Shown here: in pieces, positions 26,946 through 35,066 of the stretch
How the letters are laid out: every line of letters begins with the position of its first letter
Position numbering within the stretch: the stretch's first letter is position 1
DNA from: an uncultured virus (IMG/VR IMGVR_UViG_3300050138_000133)
Taxonomy: Duplodnaviria > Heunggongvirae > Uroviricota > Caudoviricetes
Length of the DNA: 64,000 nt
Strand: one strand, 5' to 3'
IMG/VR virus record: IMGVR_UViG_3300050138_000133
Position numbers and translations under genes: made by a program
Notes under the pieces: model-generated
Database searches by the model: none
Told to the model about the DNA's origin: nothing
The model's input: the letters and a program-made list of their open reading frames with translations, nothing else

Positions 26946-27473
26946 AACATGCAAGATATTAGTGCCGAAACTGTGCCGCCCGGCTGGACTTATTTCGTCC
27001 GGGTAGGCGCGTCGATCAAGATCGGATCGGCAACCAACTTTAAAAAACGGCTGGATGCCCTCCAAACGGCCCACGAAAACCCGATCGAGGTACTTGCCGT
27101 TGTTCCCGCCTCTGTAGCTGACGAATTCTCGGTCCACCAGCGTTTTGCCGCCCTCCGCACAAGGGGCGAATGGTTCCGGGCGGATCGCGAGCTTTTGGAT
27201 TTCATAGAGAACATCAAGGAAGACGCGAAAGATATTCCGGGCTCTCCGGCGTGGCCCGAGTCGGCCAAACAGGACGGGGCTTTCGATATCGTGAGCCGGC
27301 AGCTCCATGCCCTTCGTCGCGCCCGTCACGGAAGCCCGGCCGGACGCCGCGCGAGCAACCTCATAGGTATGATTGCCAATTACCGATCTGCCACAGACGA
27401 AGATAGGCGCGGTGCGCTTAAGAAAAATATGATGGACCAAATGACCGAATTACGCGAATTGATGAGTGGCTGA
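26931..27473 (+). CDS. GIY-YIG-like (T5orf172/MUG113) protein
   Basis: TYFVR...IKIGSA...RL..LQT...E..VH.RF..LR.RGEWF; start uncertain. Confidence 0.85.
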   Translation: MNGTGNMQDISAETVPPGWTYFVRVGASIKIGSATNFKKRLDALQTAHENPIEVLAVVPASVADEFSVHQRFAALRTRGEWFRADRELLDFIENIKEDAKDIPGSPAWPESAKQDGAFDIVSRQLHALRRARHGSPAGRRASNLIGMIANYRSATDEDRRGALKKNMMDQMTELRELMSG

Positions 27474-27531
27474 CAAAAATCGTCAGTCACTCCTAACCTT
27501 AAACGCCGCGTGAGGCGGCAGGGAGATGACG

Positions 27532-27780
27532 ATGGCGAAATACCGAAAGAAGCCAATTGTGATCGAGGCTATCCAATTTACGGCCGAGGGAAATTCGTTT
27601 GATCTTGGCGGACTGCTTTCCGAGGGCGGCCACATCGATTTCAATGACGGCCATCTCCTGATCCATACACTAGAGGGGGTGATGCGCGCCGATCTAAACG
27701 ACTGGATCATTCGCGGTGTGGAGGGCGAGTTATATCCGTGCAAACCCGGCATCTTTGCCGCGTCGTATGATCCGATCTGA
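27532..27780 (+). CDS. Conserved phage protein, probable Acb4-like cyclic-nucleotide sponge
   Basis: KYRKKPIVIEAIQF...IHTLEG.M.A...DWIIRGVEGELYPCKP.IF..SY; family link recalled, not searched. Confidence 0.55.
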   Translation: MAKYRKKPIVIEAIQFTAEGNSFDLGGLLSEGGHIDFNDGHLLIHTLEGVMRADLNDWIIRGVEGELYPCKPGIFAASYDPI

Positions 27781-27810
27781 CATTCAATGCAGAACACTGA
27801 GGAGAAGAAG

Positions 27811-28146
27811 ATGACCGACGCCACGATTAACACGCCAAATCCCGCTGACTTCTCGCGCAATGACAAGCCGGGGGAATATACCGCCGAGATCGAGGTGCGG
27901 GGTAGAGTCTCAATAGCCATTAAGGCCGAGAGCCAAGAGGATGCACAGCGTCAGGCAGAGGCTGAATTGGAGAAAATGGAGGAGGAAGGATACGTCGAGA
28001 TTGACGACATCCATAAGGTCGATTTGCGGCACGTATCGAAGGATCGCCCAATGTATCGCGTCACAAGGGAAGGCAAGCCAATGCAGGTTTCTCACCTTCA
28101 ACCCGGCGACCTTCCGCGCGATCCTGATCCTGACCGTGGCTTTTGA
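27811..28146 (+). CDS. Hypothetical protein
   Basis: GAGGAG RBS, ATG. Confidence 0.75.
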   Translation: MTDATINTPNPADFSRNDKPGEYTAEIEVRGRVSIAIKAESQEDAQRQAEAELEKMEEEGYVEIDDIHKVDLRHVSKDRPMYRVTREGKPMQVSHLQPGDLPRDPDPDRGF

Positions 28147-28180
28147 ATCTCACCTACGCGATGAATGCAGAGGAATGCTG

Positions 28181-28423
28181 ATGCCTGACTTAATTGACCC
28201 TGAACTTCGGATCATGCGTTACCTATCTGATAAGATGGAAGCTACTGGCGCAATGATCGGAAAGGCCGTAGCGCCAGGACGCGCAAAATCAGACCGAGGC
28301 TATGCAATGATCGGCTGCGATCACGCCCGCCGTATGGAGCTAGAGGGAATGCTTCTCTACCTGCCAGAGTTGCGCGCATGGCGGTTATCGGCAGCAGGAC
28401 GCGCAGTATTGGCCGATCTTTAG
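28181..28423 (+). CDS. Small winged-helix-like protein
   Basis: GAGGA RBS; ...MELEGML...WRLSAAGR. Confidence 0.65.
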   Translation: MPDLIDPELRIMRYLSDKMEATGAMIGKAVAPGRAKSDRGYAMIGCDHARRMELEGMLLYLPELRAWRLSAAGRAVLADL

Positions 28424-28448
28424 TAGAACATGCAGAGGAACGCGAGAC

Positions 28449-28595
28449 ATGAGCGAGAGAGAGCGTGCAATCCAAGCCCTTAAATTCGTGAAGGTCGATA
28501 CGAAGGGCGGCTTCCTGACCGATCTCAGCGTGGCAATGATATTGATCGAACTGGAACGGCGCGGGTTAAAGTTCGATAAATTCAGTCATCAGTAG
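28449..28595 (+). CDS. Microgene, 48 aa
   Basis: GAGGA RBS; MSERERAIQALKF... Confidence 0.55.
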   Translation: MSERERAIQALKFVKVDTKGGFLTDLSVAMILIELERRGLKFDKFSHQ

Positions 28596-28634
28596 CGGCC
28601 GTGCCGCGTTGTCGAATGGAAAACGTTGAACCCC

Positions 28635-28790
28635 ATGCAAAAAGAGATTGAATCGTCTACCGAACAAATCACGCCGCACCTGCGATGGTACAACCTAGCT
28701 TTACAGCAGGCATGGAGTATAACGCGCTATCGTGGCGGGGAGCCATACGCGATGGAAACCGAATGGCGGCCCGTACCCATACATTCCTGA
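28635..28790 (+). CDS. Microgene, 51 aa
   Basis: LRW...LQQAW...EWRPVP motif; ends TCC TGA in the repeat. Confidence 0.65.
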   Translation: MQKEIESSTEQITPHLRWYNLALQQAWSITRYRGGEPYAMETEWRPVPIHS

Positions 28791-28822
28791 CCGACACATC
28801 AGAGAGCGAATGGAGAAAGCAA

Positions 28823-29062
28823 GTGAACCTCAACATTGAGATACGCACGAACGGGATAAGACCGGATAACGTAGTCGCCGAATGGGAAACCAAGACAACC
28901 GGCGGCGCGGGGGACCGCGAGGTGCTACTCAGCGCATGGTCGCGGACGGAGATCGGAGCGCGCCAGAAGCTATTTGAGCAGGCGAAGGCAATGCGCGATG
29001 AGCTAAACCAGGCCATCGAGAAAATGATAGAAGAACTTTGCGCCGGGATTGGGCGTTCCTGA
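28823..29062 (+). CDS. Hypothetical cassette gene, 79 aa
   Basis: GGAG RBS from the repeat, GTG start, ends TCC TGA. Confidence 0.7.
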   Translation: MNLNIEIRTNGIRPDNVVAEWETKTTGGAGDREVLLSAWSRTEIGARQKLFEQAKAMRDELNQAIEKMIEELCAGIGRS

Positions 29063-29094
29063 CCGACACACCCGAGAGCGAATGGAGCACGCTG

Positions 29095-29196
29095 ATGGAT
29101 TTCGCGCTATGGTCAATTTCAGTATTTGGGCTTGGCATATGTGTCGGTCTTGGGATTGGCCTAGCTGATGCGTCACGCCGACATCGACGATCCTGA
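29095..29196 (+). CDS. Single-TM micropeptide, 33 aa
   Basis: GGAG RBS from the repeat; hydrophobic stretch plus RRHRRS; ends TCC TGA. Confidence 0.55.
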   Translation: MDFALWSISVFGLGICVGLGIGLADASRRHRRS

Positions 29197-29214
29197 CCGA
29201 CACGTGAGGACACC

Positions 29215-29355
29215 ATGAGAGACGTTCTGCTGCTCGGATTAGCGGGCGTATCTCCGTTCATGGTCGTCACATCGCTTTATCGCTGGACAAGCGGGATCAC
29301 CTTATTCTGGTATGGAATGTGGTTGATATCGTGGATAGTGCTTGTTGCTGGTTAG
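29215..29355 (+). CDS. Membrane micropeptide, 46 aa
   Basis: GAGGA RBS; two hydrophobic segments. Confidence 0.55.
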   Translation: MRDVLLLGLAGVSPFMVVTSLYRWTSGITLFWYGMWLISWIVLVAG

Positions 29356-29389
29356 GTATCCGCACACATGACCGAGAGACGAGGAAGCC

Positions 29390-29575
29390 ATGGTAATGAT
29401 GGAAAACGGCAAGATGCTCGACATGATAAAAAGCCACACATGCGGAAAATGTTTCACTTTTTTTTATATCGAAGCTGTTTTCGGAGACGGTACGAGTGAG
29501 CCGCTAAACAGCGAATGTCCCGCCTGTAAAAGCCCGCTGAACTACTTACCAAAAGTGCAGCTAGAAGGCCGATAG
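29390..29575 (+). CDS. Zn-ribbon protein
   Basis: CGKC...CPAC; GAGGA RBS. Confidence 0.65.
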   Translation: MVMMENGKMLDMIKSHTCGKCFTFFYIEAVFGDGTSEPLNSECPACKSPLNYLPKVQLEGR

Positions 29576-29735
29576 GTAGAACTCCTGACCGAGGATCGCC
29601 AGATGGATGGGTTTAAGAAAACATAGTTTAATCAACCCAGAATTGAACTCTAAAGGGAAAGATAAACTGATGCTCGACATCGATCCAGCTTTCCTGAGCA
29701 GCCCAAACAACCGTGACCGAGGAAAGTGAGAGATT

Positions 29736-30074
29736 ATGACCTATTTTTATATATCGTTTGCCACAGACGAGGGATTCCGTGGCGGGACTGTGGTTCAGGC
29801 GGATGACGCGAAAGGCGCCGTCATGGAGGCCACCACGCGCGGCCTAAACCCAGGTGGCGAGGCGGCCATCATGGAGGTCCCACCCGAGGCCGAATTCGAG
29901 CCAGATATACTAGCGATGGTCAATAAGCTGCTTGGGCGCGACGAGATCGAGCAGCAGGGCGGGCAGCGCCTTGGCGATTTGTCGGAAGATATGCAAGAGG
30001 CCGTCCAAGGAGCCGCCGGCTTCGTTTGCGACGACTGCAACCCCGTGACGTTCATCTCGCCTCCGCGTTCTTGA
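29736..30074 (+). CDS. Hypothetical protein
   Basis: YFYISFA...FRGGTVV...GLNPGGE; last gene of the rightward operon. Confidence 0.75.
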   Translation: MTYFYISFATDEGFRGGTVVQADDAKGAVMEATTRGLNPGGEAAIMEVPPEAEFEPDILAMVNKLLGRDEIEQQGGQRLGDLSEDMQEAVQGAAGFVCDDCNPVTFISPPRS

Positions 30075-30080
30075 GCAGGC

Positions 30081-30129
30081 AAAAAAAGAGCCGGTCACCA
30101 GTAGCCCTTTCGGGTTCGGTAACCGGCTC
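30081..30129 (-). terminator. Rho-independent terminator of the late operon
   Basis: Minus strand GAGCCGGTTACC...GGTGACCGGCTC followed by T7, between convergent operons. Confidence 0.8.
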
Positions 30130-30222
30130 CAAGTCTGGGGAGGCGTAAAACAGGACCGAGCATGGTCCTCGCTATTGCCGGTCAAGGAAATGCCCGGCAA
30201 CCTTTGAACGGCCCGTAGGCCG
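30081..30222 (-). ncRNA. Candidate alphaproteobacterial anti-SD sRNA (MmgR/suhB-like)
   Basis: Hairpins, then CCTCCCCAGACTTGG immediately before the terminator. Confidence 0.45.
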
Positions 30223-30224
30223 AA

Positions 30225-30701
30225 TTAAGCAGCCGGAGCAGCGACCGGAGGCGTAGCAGCCGGATCAGTGACCACTACAGGCGCGATGACAGGCGGAACT
30301 ATGGTCGCGAGAACTGCCGGAGCGACCACAACGGGGGCCGGGACAGTAGTTGCAGCCGGGATGGAAGCGGTCAGAGCCGCAGCATCCGTTGCCAGCGATC
30401 CGGTGATTGTGTTGATGTTTGCGACCGCCTGGGTGACGGCTGCGGTGATGGCGGGATCGGCAGCAGCGGGAATTGCAGCCAGTGCAGCCACGAGGGCAAC
30501 CGTTTCAGCAACAACCGCAGTATGCTCGGCAGCGAATCCGCTGGCGAGGGAAGTCACGGCATTGTTGAGATCGTCAGATAAAGCCATATTGGTATCCAGT
30601 CTTTCTAGAATGAGCGCGCCTTGCTGTTGTAACGCAACTACCCACGGCGGCGTCTCGGAAGACCATGGATCGAAGTGGTGTTGATGGTGAAAATTTATCA
30701 T
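30225..30701 (-). CDS. Ala/Pro-rich hypothetical protein
   Basis: GAGGA RBS; end of lysis cassette. Confidence 0.75.
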   Translation of the reverse strand: MINFHHQHHFDPWSSETPPWVVALQQQGALILERLDTNMALSDDLNNAVTSLASGFAAEHTAVVAETVALVAALAAIPAAADPAITAAVTQAVANINTITGSLATDAAALTASIPAATTVPAPVVVAPAVLATIVPPVIAPVVVTDPAATPPVAAPAA

Positions 30702-30744
30702 TTATTCCTCATAGCGATATTGAATCCGTCGCTTACTAACTTTC

Positions 30745-30975
30745 TCACCAGGGACTCCGATAGCTCCCAGCGTTCTTCACCTCTAGTTGAGCGCGATGGG
30801 GATATTCCTTGATCGGAATTTTCGTTGGTGCTGTAATCTCAAAGAAGTGAGATAGACGCCTTCGGCGGAAATAAACTGCTCGCTCGGTACAGTTTAGAAT
30901 ATGCCCCGTTTCGGTTGCCCCGTGTTTCCTGAATAGATTGATAAATTCTTCATCAGAACATTTGGGGCTTGCCAT
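30745..30975 (-). pseudogene. HTH-like protein, possibly truncated N-terminus of a phage metallophosphoesterase gene
   Basis: CSDEEFINLF...TERAVYFRRRRL...RAQLEVKN then abrupt end. Confidence 0.4.
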
Positions 30976-30984
30976 TAGGCTGCT

Positions 30985-31311
30985 CTATACTTTTTCAAAA
31001 GTTACGCTGACAACGCCAGCGCTAAGAAAGCCAAGGACACGAGCCGCGCCGCGCGACAAGTCGATACATCGCCCGGTCCATTTGGCCGGACCCCGGTCAT
31101 TTACGCGCACGACAACCGAACGGCCCCTGTAGTTCACGCGTAAATTTGTGCCAAACGGATAGCCCCAAATGGCGGCTGTAAGGCCATCAGGCTTGAAGCG
31201 TTCGCCATTCGCGGTGAGGCGGCCTTCATGGTAGAATGACGCCCTGCACGTCGTGGCATCGGCTCTGGCAGGCAATAAAAAGACGAGGGCGGCTAGGGCT
31301 ATAGCTTTCAC
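30985..31311 (-). CDS. rlpA: RlpA-like (DPBB) lytic transglycosylase with signal peptide
   Basis: ASFY...TANGERF...LTAA...PFGT.LRV...SVVVRVNDRGP...IDLSRGAA. Confidence 0.92.
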   Translation of the reverse strand: MKAIALAALVFLLPARADATTCRASFYHEGRLTANGERFKPDGLTAAIWGYPFGTNLRVNYRGRSVVVRVNDRGPAKWTGRCIDLSRGAARVLGFLSAGVVSVTFEKV

Positions 31312-31550
31312 TATCTCAACCTCAGGCACTTCTTTGCTTCGGCGATTTGTTGTTCGCTGGCGCCTGCGGCTCGGGCTGCCTTCTCCGCGTCCTTCACTCC
31401 GATGGACGAGACGATTTCGCGGATCTGTTGGCAGTAGGCTGAGATCGGAGCTTCGGCGGCCGGCGCGTGGTCTACGCCAAAACAGAAAAACAAGGCGATG
31501 ACGCACGCGAGCCAGATGACGATGACGGTGGTGCCACGACTGTTGATCAT
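31311..31550 (-). CDS. Small secreted/membrane protein
   Basis: N-terminal TM, two Cys. Confidence 0.65.
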   Translation of the reverse strand: MINSRGTTVIVIWLACVIALFFCFGVDHAPAAEAPISAYCQQIREIVSSIGVKDAEKAARAAGASEQQIAEAKKCLRLR

Positions 31551-31559
31551 TGGACTCCT

Positions 31560-31781
31560 TCAGGTATTTTCGTATCGATCAAGTTGGTTGCAGGGGCCGT
31601 AGCCCTCTGCCCAACCGAAGTGCATCACGCCGGAAGCATCCTTGCCGGCGCCCCGAAAGGTGATGAAGCAATAATCAGTCTGGACGAGTCGGCTCTTCGG
31701 CGTCGTATCTGCCGCCATAGCGATAAGCAGACAGATCGTGACGAGCAGGATGAATATCCGAATCCTGAGATTTGCGGACAT
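31560..31781 (-). CDS. Small secreted/membrane protein
   Basis: N-terminal TM, two Cys. Confidence 0.6.
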   Translation of the reverse strand: MSANLRIRIFILLVTICLLIAMAADTTPKSRLVQTDYCFITFRGAGKDASGVMHFGWAEGYGPCNQLDRYENT

Positions 31782-31788
31782 GATTAGG

Positions 31789-32217
31789 TCAGTGCCTTAT
31801 CAGAACCGCGAAAACGCCAATGATTGCGCCTATTGACGCTAGACTTGAAATAACATTGAAAATTACAGCCGCGCTGGTTCCGATGCCCTGGTGTACGCCG
31901 CCGGATGTCGCTAACGTCTGTTCCATTTTATCGAGACGCACGGCAATCGATCTTGTTCGTTCGTCTGCTGCGATTTCTGCTTTTTGCGATGCCTTTTCAG
32001 CCGCCGTCATAGCGATTGAAACGGCGTCTTTCGCGGACTTATTCTCGGCAGTGAAAAACCGCTCAACGCCCTGAATCCGTTCAGCAAGGCCCGTTTCTAC
32101 TGAATGTATTTTACCTGATAGGTTTGACTCGACACTTTCGATTTTATCCGTGAGATGCTTTTCTAACGCATCGAACGTTCGGAAGCGCCCGACGTCTTGA
32201 TATTCTTGAGTTGTCAT
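31789..32217 (-). CDS. Coiled-coil protein with C-terminal TM (holin/antiholin-like)
   Basis: Lysis cassette position and topology. Confidence 0.65.
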   Translation of the reverse strand: MTTQEYQDVGRFRTFDALEKHLTDKIESVESNLSGKIHSVETGLAERIQGVERFFTAENKSAKDAVSIAMTAAEKASQKAEIAADERTRSIAVRLDKMEQTLATSGGVHQGIGTSAAVIFNVISSLASIGAIIGVFAVLIRH

Positions 32218-32588
32218 TATGCGCGCTTGCGAAAGAATAGATTTAGCCAGCGTTGCTTGAATGTCTGCTCGGCTGGCGTAACAACCACTGGCGGGACAAC
32301 CGTGACAACTGGCGCAGCGACAATAGCGGGGGCGATAATAACTGGCTTTGCGATAACGTGCGGCACAGCGCGTTCGCGAAAGAGCTTGCGATGCAAGCGG
32401 TGCTTTAACGTCTGCTTGGCAATTGGAGCAGGCGCAGCGACAATAACGGGCTTCGCGATCATGACAGCAGGTGGGGCTTTCGTGATCTGATGGTACGGCA
32501 CTCCCGCAGTATGTTCTGCTTGCGGAGCATGAGCGCAGGCGCCTAGCAGCAACGCAACCACGCTAATGCTTGATAATACTCGCAACAT
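32217..32588 (-). CDS. Lipoprotein (spanin candidate) with internal duplication
   Basis: Lipobox LGAC; IAKPVI...QT.K.R...FR.RA occurs twice. Confidence 0.6.
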   Translation of the reverse strand: MLRVLSSISVVALLLGACAHAPQAEHTAGVPYHQITKAPPAVMIAKPVIVAAPAPIAKQTLKHRLHRKLFRERAVPHVIAKPVIIAPAIVAAPVVTVVPPVVVTPAEQTFKQRWLNLFFRKRA

Positions 32589-32964
32589 TTTGGAACATCC
32601 TTTTCCCGTAGTACCATGAGATAATTAAGCCGACCCAGACGCCAACGGCACCGCTGATCGGATCGGTTGAACCGCCTGTTAACGAGCCAAGCACCTTGTC
32701 CCAGATGATGACCTTCGCCATGTAAATTAGGACGATATAGAATCCGAGTTTTTCAGGTTCGAGCGGATGTCCCACTTCGGCAATCTTTAGCTGCGTGGTT
32801 GCCTGAATTTCGGCGGTCTGTGCGGCTATCTCTTTGCCGGCGAGTGTGGCGGCGGTCATGTTGTCCGTCGTCGTGGCCGTGAGATGGGCCTGATACGCGC
32901 CTAGCATTGCTTTGGCGACGGGGCCGCCAAGGAATTTGAAGATGAGGGATGCTAAAGCAAACAT
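32563..32964 (-). CDS. 3TM holin-like protein
   Basis: KVIIWDKVLG..TDP...IISWYYGKR. Confidence 0.7.
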   Translation of the reverse strand: MFALASLIFKFLGGPVAKAMLGAYQAHLTATTTDNMTAATLAGKEIAAQTAEIQATTQLKIAEVGHPLEPEKLGFYIVLIYMAKVIIWDKVLGSLTGGSTDPISGAVGVWVGLIISWYYGKRMFQNVASIIKH

Positions 32965-33194
32965 CAGCCAGTCGCCTTAGATCCAACCGGCCCGGTGGTG
33001 ACGATCCGCAAGATCACGCCGAGCACAGCGTTGCAGACAAGAAAGACCGCAACGTACTTTGCCGGGATCACGGGCGTAACATCGATCGTGGAAAATTGCG
33101 TGTAGACGTAAAGCGCACCGGCCGGAAGGCCAACCACTGCGTTGGCTATGATGGTTTTATAGCCCTTGAGGCGAAGTCGGAGCGCGGCGAACAT
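32964..33194 (-). CDS. Holin-like 2-TM protein
   Basis: LKGYKTII...ILRIVTTGPVG. Confidence 0.7.
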   Translation of the reverse strand: MFAALRLRLKGYKTIIANAVVGLPAGALYVYTQFSTIDVTPVIPAKYVAVFLVCNAVLGVILRIVTTGPVGSKATG

Positions 33195-33209
33195 TTCAAT
33201 TTTCCTGAG

Positions 33210-33794
33210 TTATCGCGCCAGCAAGGCGCATACGGTTCGCGACGGCACAATCGTTATAAAATTCGAGTTGCCAATCCCGCCGACGTTTATACCGACCACA
33301 TAACCGTAACGGTCAATAGCGGGGCCTCCACTCATTCCGGGGCCAAGCGTTCCGTCAACAACATAGGCTTCTTTCCAATCTCCAACTTTAGCTATTTGCG
33401 ATTTTGCTAAATGTCCCCAGCTAGTCAGCAGATCAAGTGTGTACGGATTGCCTTCGAACGATAATAGTTCGCCTTGATCTAGATAACGACACGACAACGA
33501 ACGCGACTTAACGTTTTTGAAATCGCTGATCCTCAACAATGCAACGTCGTAGGTTTTGTTTGCCCACATTAATTCGGTATTGTGAACAATACCGTTGGTG
33601 TCCTTGATGCTAATATGGGCTTCATCGTCAACCACATGGAAGGCTGTAAGAACCAGGCCGTTACCGATATGGACGCCAGAACCGTGGCCATCGCCTAAAT
33701 CGACGTATAGAGTCGAAGATGCAAGTTTGCTATGGTCGACACATCCACAAAGACATAGGCACAACATTGCTGCAGCAACTAACGATTTGCTCAT
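33210..33794 (-). CDS. Trypsin-like serine protease, probable lipoprotein
   Basis: GSGV...LTAFHVV (His), DVALL (Asp), GMSGGP (Ser); LCGC lipobox-like. Confidence 0.9.
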   Translation of the reverse strand: MSKSLVAAAMLCLCLCGCVDHSKLASSTLYVDLGDGHGSGVHIGNGLVLTAFHVVDDEAHISIKDTNGIVHNTELMWANKTYDVALLRISDFKNVKSRSLSCRYLDQGELLSFEGNPYTLDLLTSWGHLAKSQIAKVGDWKEAYVVDGTLGPGMSGGPAIDRYGYVVGINVGGIGNSNFITIVPSRTVCALLAR

Positions 33795-33893
33795 GTTAGA
33801 GACCGCCCCGCTCGTCATTTTGCAGCCACCAGCTAATTACGGTCAACACCGCCATACCGGCCGCCACGAATGCCATCTCGCAACACAGAAAGA

Positions 33894-34061
33894 TCAGAGT
33901 TTCTTAACTGCTACAGTGAGAGCATCCGCCTGTGCGTGAAGTTTTGCAGAGAGTGCATTGGCTCCGATGACAAGCTTCTGTATGGATGGTTTTAGAAACC
34001 ACACCAGGGCTCCCCCAGCGATGAAAACAATGATGTCCCCTAAGAAAGTAAGAGCGAACAT
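33894..34061 (-). CDS. Small membrane protein
   Basis: AAGGA RBS; one TM. Confidence 0.6.
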   Translation of the reverse strand: MFALTFLGDIIVFIAGGALVWFLKPSIQKLVIGANALSAKLHAQADALTVAVKKL

Positions 34062-34065
34062 GGCG

Positions 34066-34905
34066 TTATATTCCTTTTGGTTTGAAGATTGAGAAGACGG
34101 TAGACATAACAGACGCGAAGCTTGGCGCTGGTGGTTCCGGGCCGCGGTTAGGTTCGTTGTCGGGTTCACGAAGATCGGTCGGCGCGGGCTTGGTGTCGCC
34201 TGCGGTGATCGAAGGGATATCAGGAGGCGCCGGGTTTGGAGTTGTCGGCAGGATTACGATTGGACCGGGCGTCACCGAAACATTCGCGGCCTTCCATTTG
34301 GAGAGCCACACCTTGCGTTCGCTCAATCCGACGTAGCCGCCGTTCAATTTGCGTGTGACGCCGATAATATCATCGGCAATTGCGTAGGGCAGGCAGCCGC
34401 AGATGATGAAATCGGCCACGCCGCATTCGAGGAAATTCTTGGGATCATTTACGAGTTCGGGATTATTGAGCAGATCAAGTTTTGTCGCGCGAGCGAGCAA
34501 CCCATAGCCTTCTCGTCCGGTTGTCTGTGACGCGCCCCTGCCCCGGAAATTCCAGCCATCGTCAGAACCTGTCACGTTCCCCATTCGCCCGTCGTATACA
34601 TTATTCGCCAGAGCCTTCGGATTGCCAGCGAACGGCTCTGCGCTCGCCATCGTCGGGAAACGCGACGGCCACACCTGCATCATTCGGCTGGCCGTATAGT
34701 TGAGGTTTTCAACGACCTCATGCCCGGCCGCACATTCATGACTGATCTGAGCCATGACGTGAACAATCAGGAGCGGGGTGTTGATGCCGTACTTCTGAAA
34801 GACCGGGCCGGCGGTTTCGATCATCCCGGCCCGCAGCCCCAGAATCTTCTCGTCTCCATTCGGCCACAGCCGCGTCAAAGCCTCGCCAAAAGACGATAGG
34901 GGCAT
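34066..34905 (-). CDS. Endolysin, glycoside hydrolase family 19
   Basis: AQISHE...ENLNY...DGWNFRGRGASQTTGREGY...TRKLNGG..GL.ER. Confidence 0.93.
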   Translation of the reverse strand: MPLSSFGEALTRLWPNGDEKILGLRAGMIETAGPVFQKYGINTPLLIVHVMAQISHECAAGHEVVENLNYTASRMMQVWPSRFPTMASAEPFAGNPKALANNVYDGRMGNVTGSDDGWNFRGRGASQTTGREGYGLLARATKLDLLNNPELVNDPKNFLECGVADFIICGCLPYAIADDIIGVTRKLNGGYVGLSERKVWLSKWKAANVSVTPGPIVILPTTPNPAPPDIPSITAGDTKPAPTDLREPDNEPNRGPEPPAPSFASVMSTVFSIFKPKGI

Positions 34906-34929
34906 GGGAGTTCCTTGGTGGATTGGTGA

Positions 34930-35064
34930 TTAGCGGCGCTTGAAGATAAGCCAGCAAACAAATGCTAACAGGATCAATACCGCGGGAAATGTTGCGACGG
35001 TAAGCCATTCATTGATGGCCCACCAATGCGCACGCTCGACGGCGGTAAACGGTTGTTCGCCCAT
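34930..35064 (-). CDS. Small TM peptide
   Basis: Hydrophobic stretch plus KRR, just upstream of the endolysin. Confidence 0.45.
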   Translation of the reverse strand: MGEQPFTAVERAHWWAINEWLTVATFPAVLILLAFVCWLIFKRR

Positions 35065-35066
35065 CG

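Larger units (their letters stand above)
28784..29203 (+). repeat. Gene-junction repeat TCCTGACCGACAC x3
   Basis: 28785, 29057, 29191; first two extend to 32 bp with 2 mismatches; partial copies at 28128, 28513, 29369, 29583, 29714. Confidence 0.9.

Noticed and set aside
28784..29203. CRISPR-like mini-array
   Set aside because: Intervening segments are long, unequal in length and each is an ORF with RBS; the repeat is not palindromic
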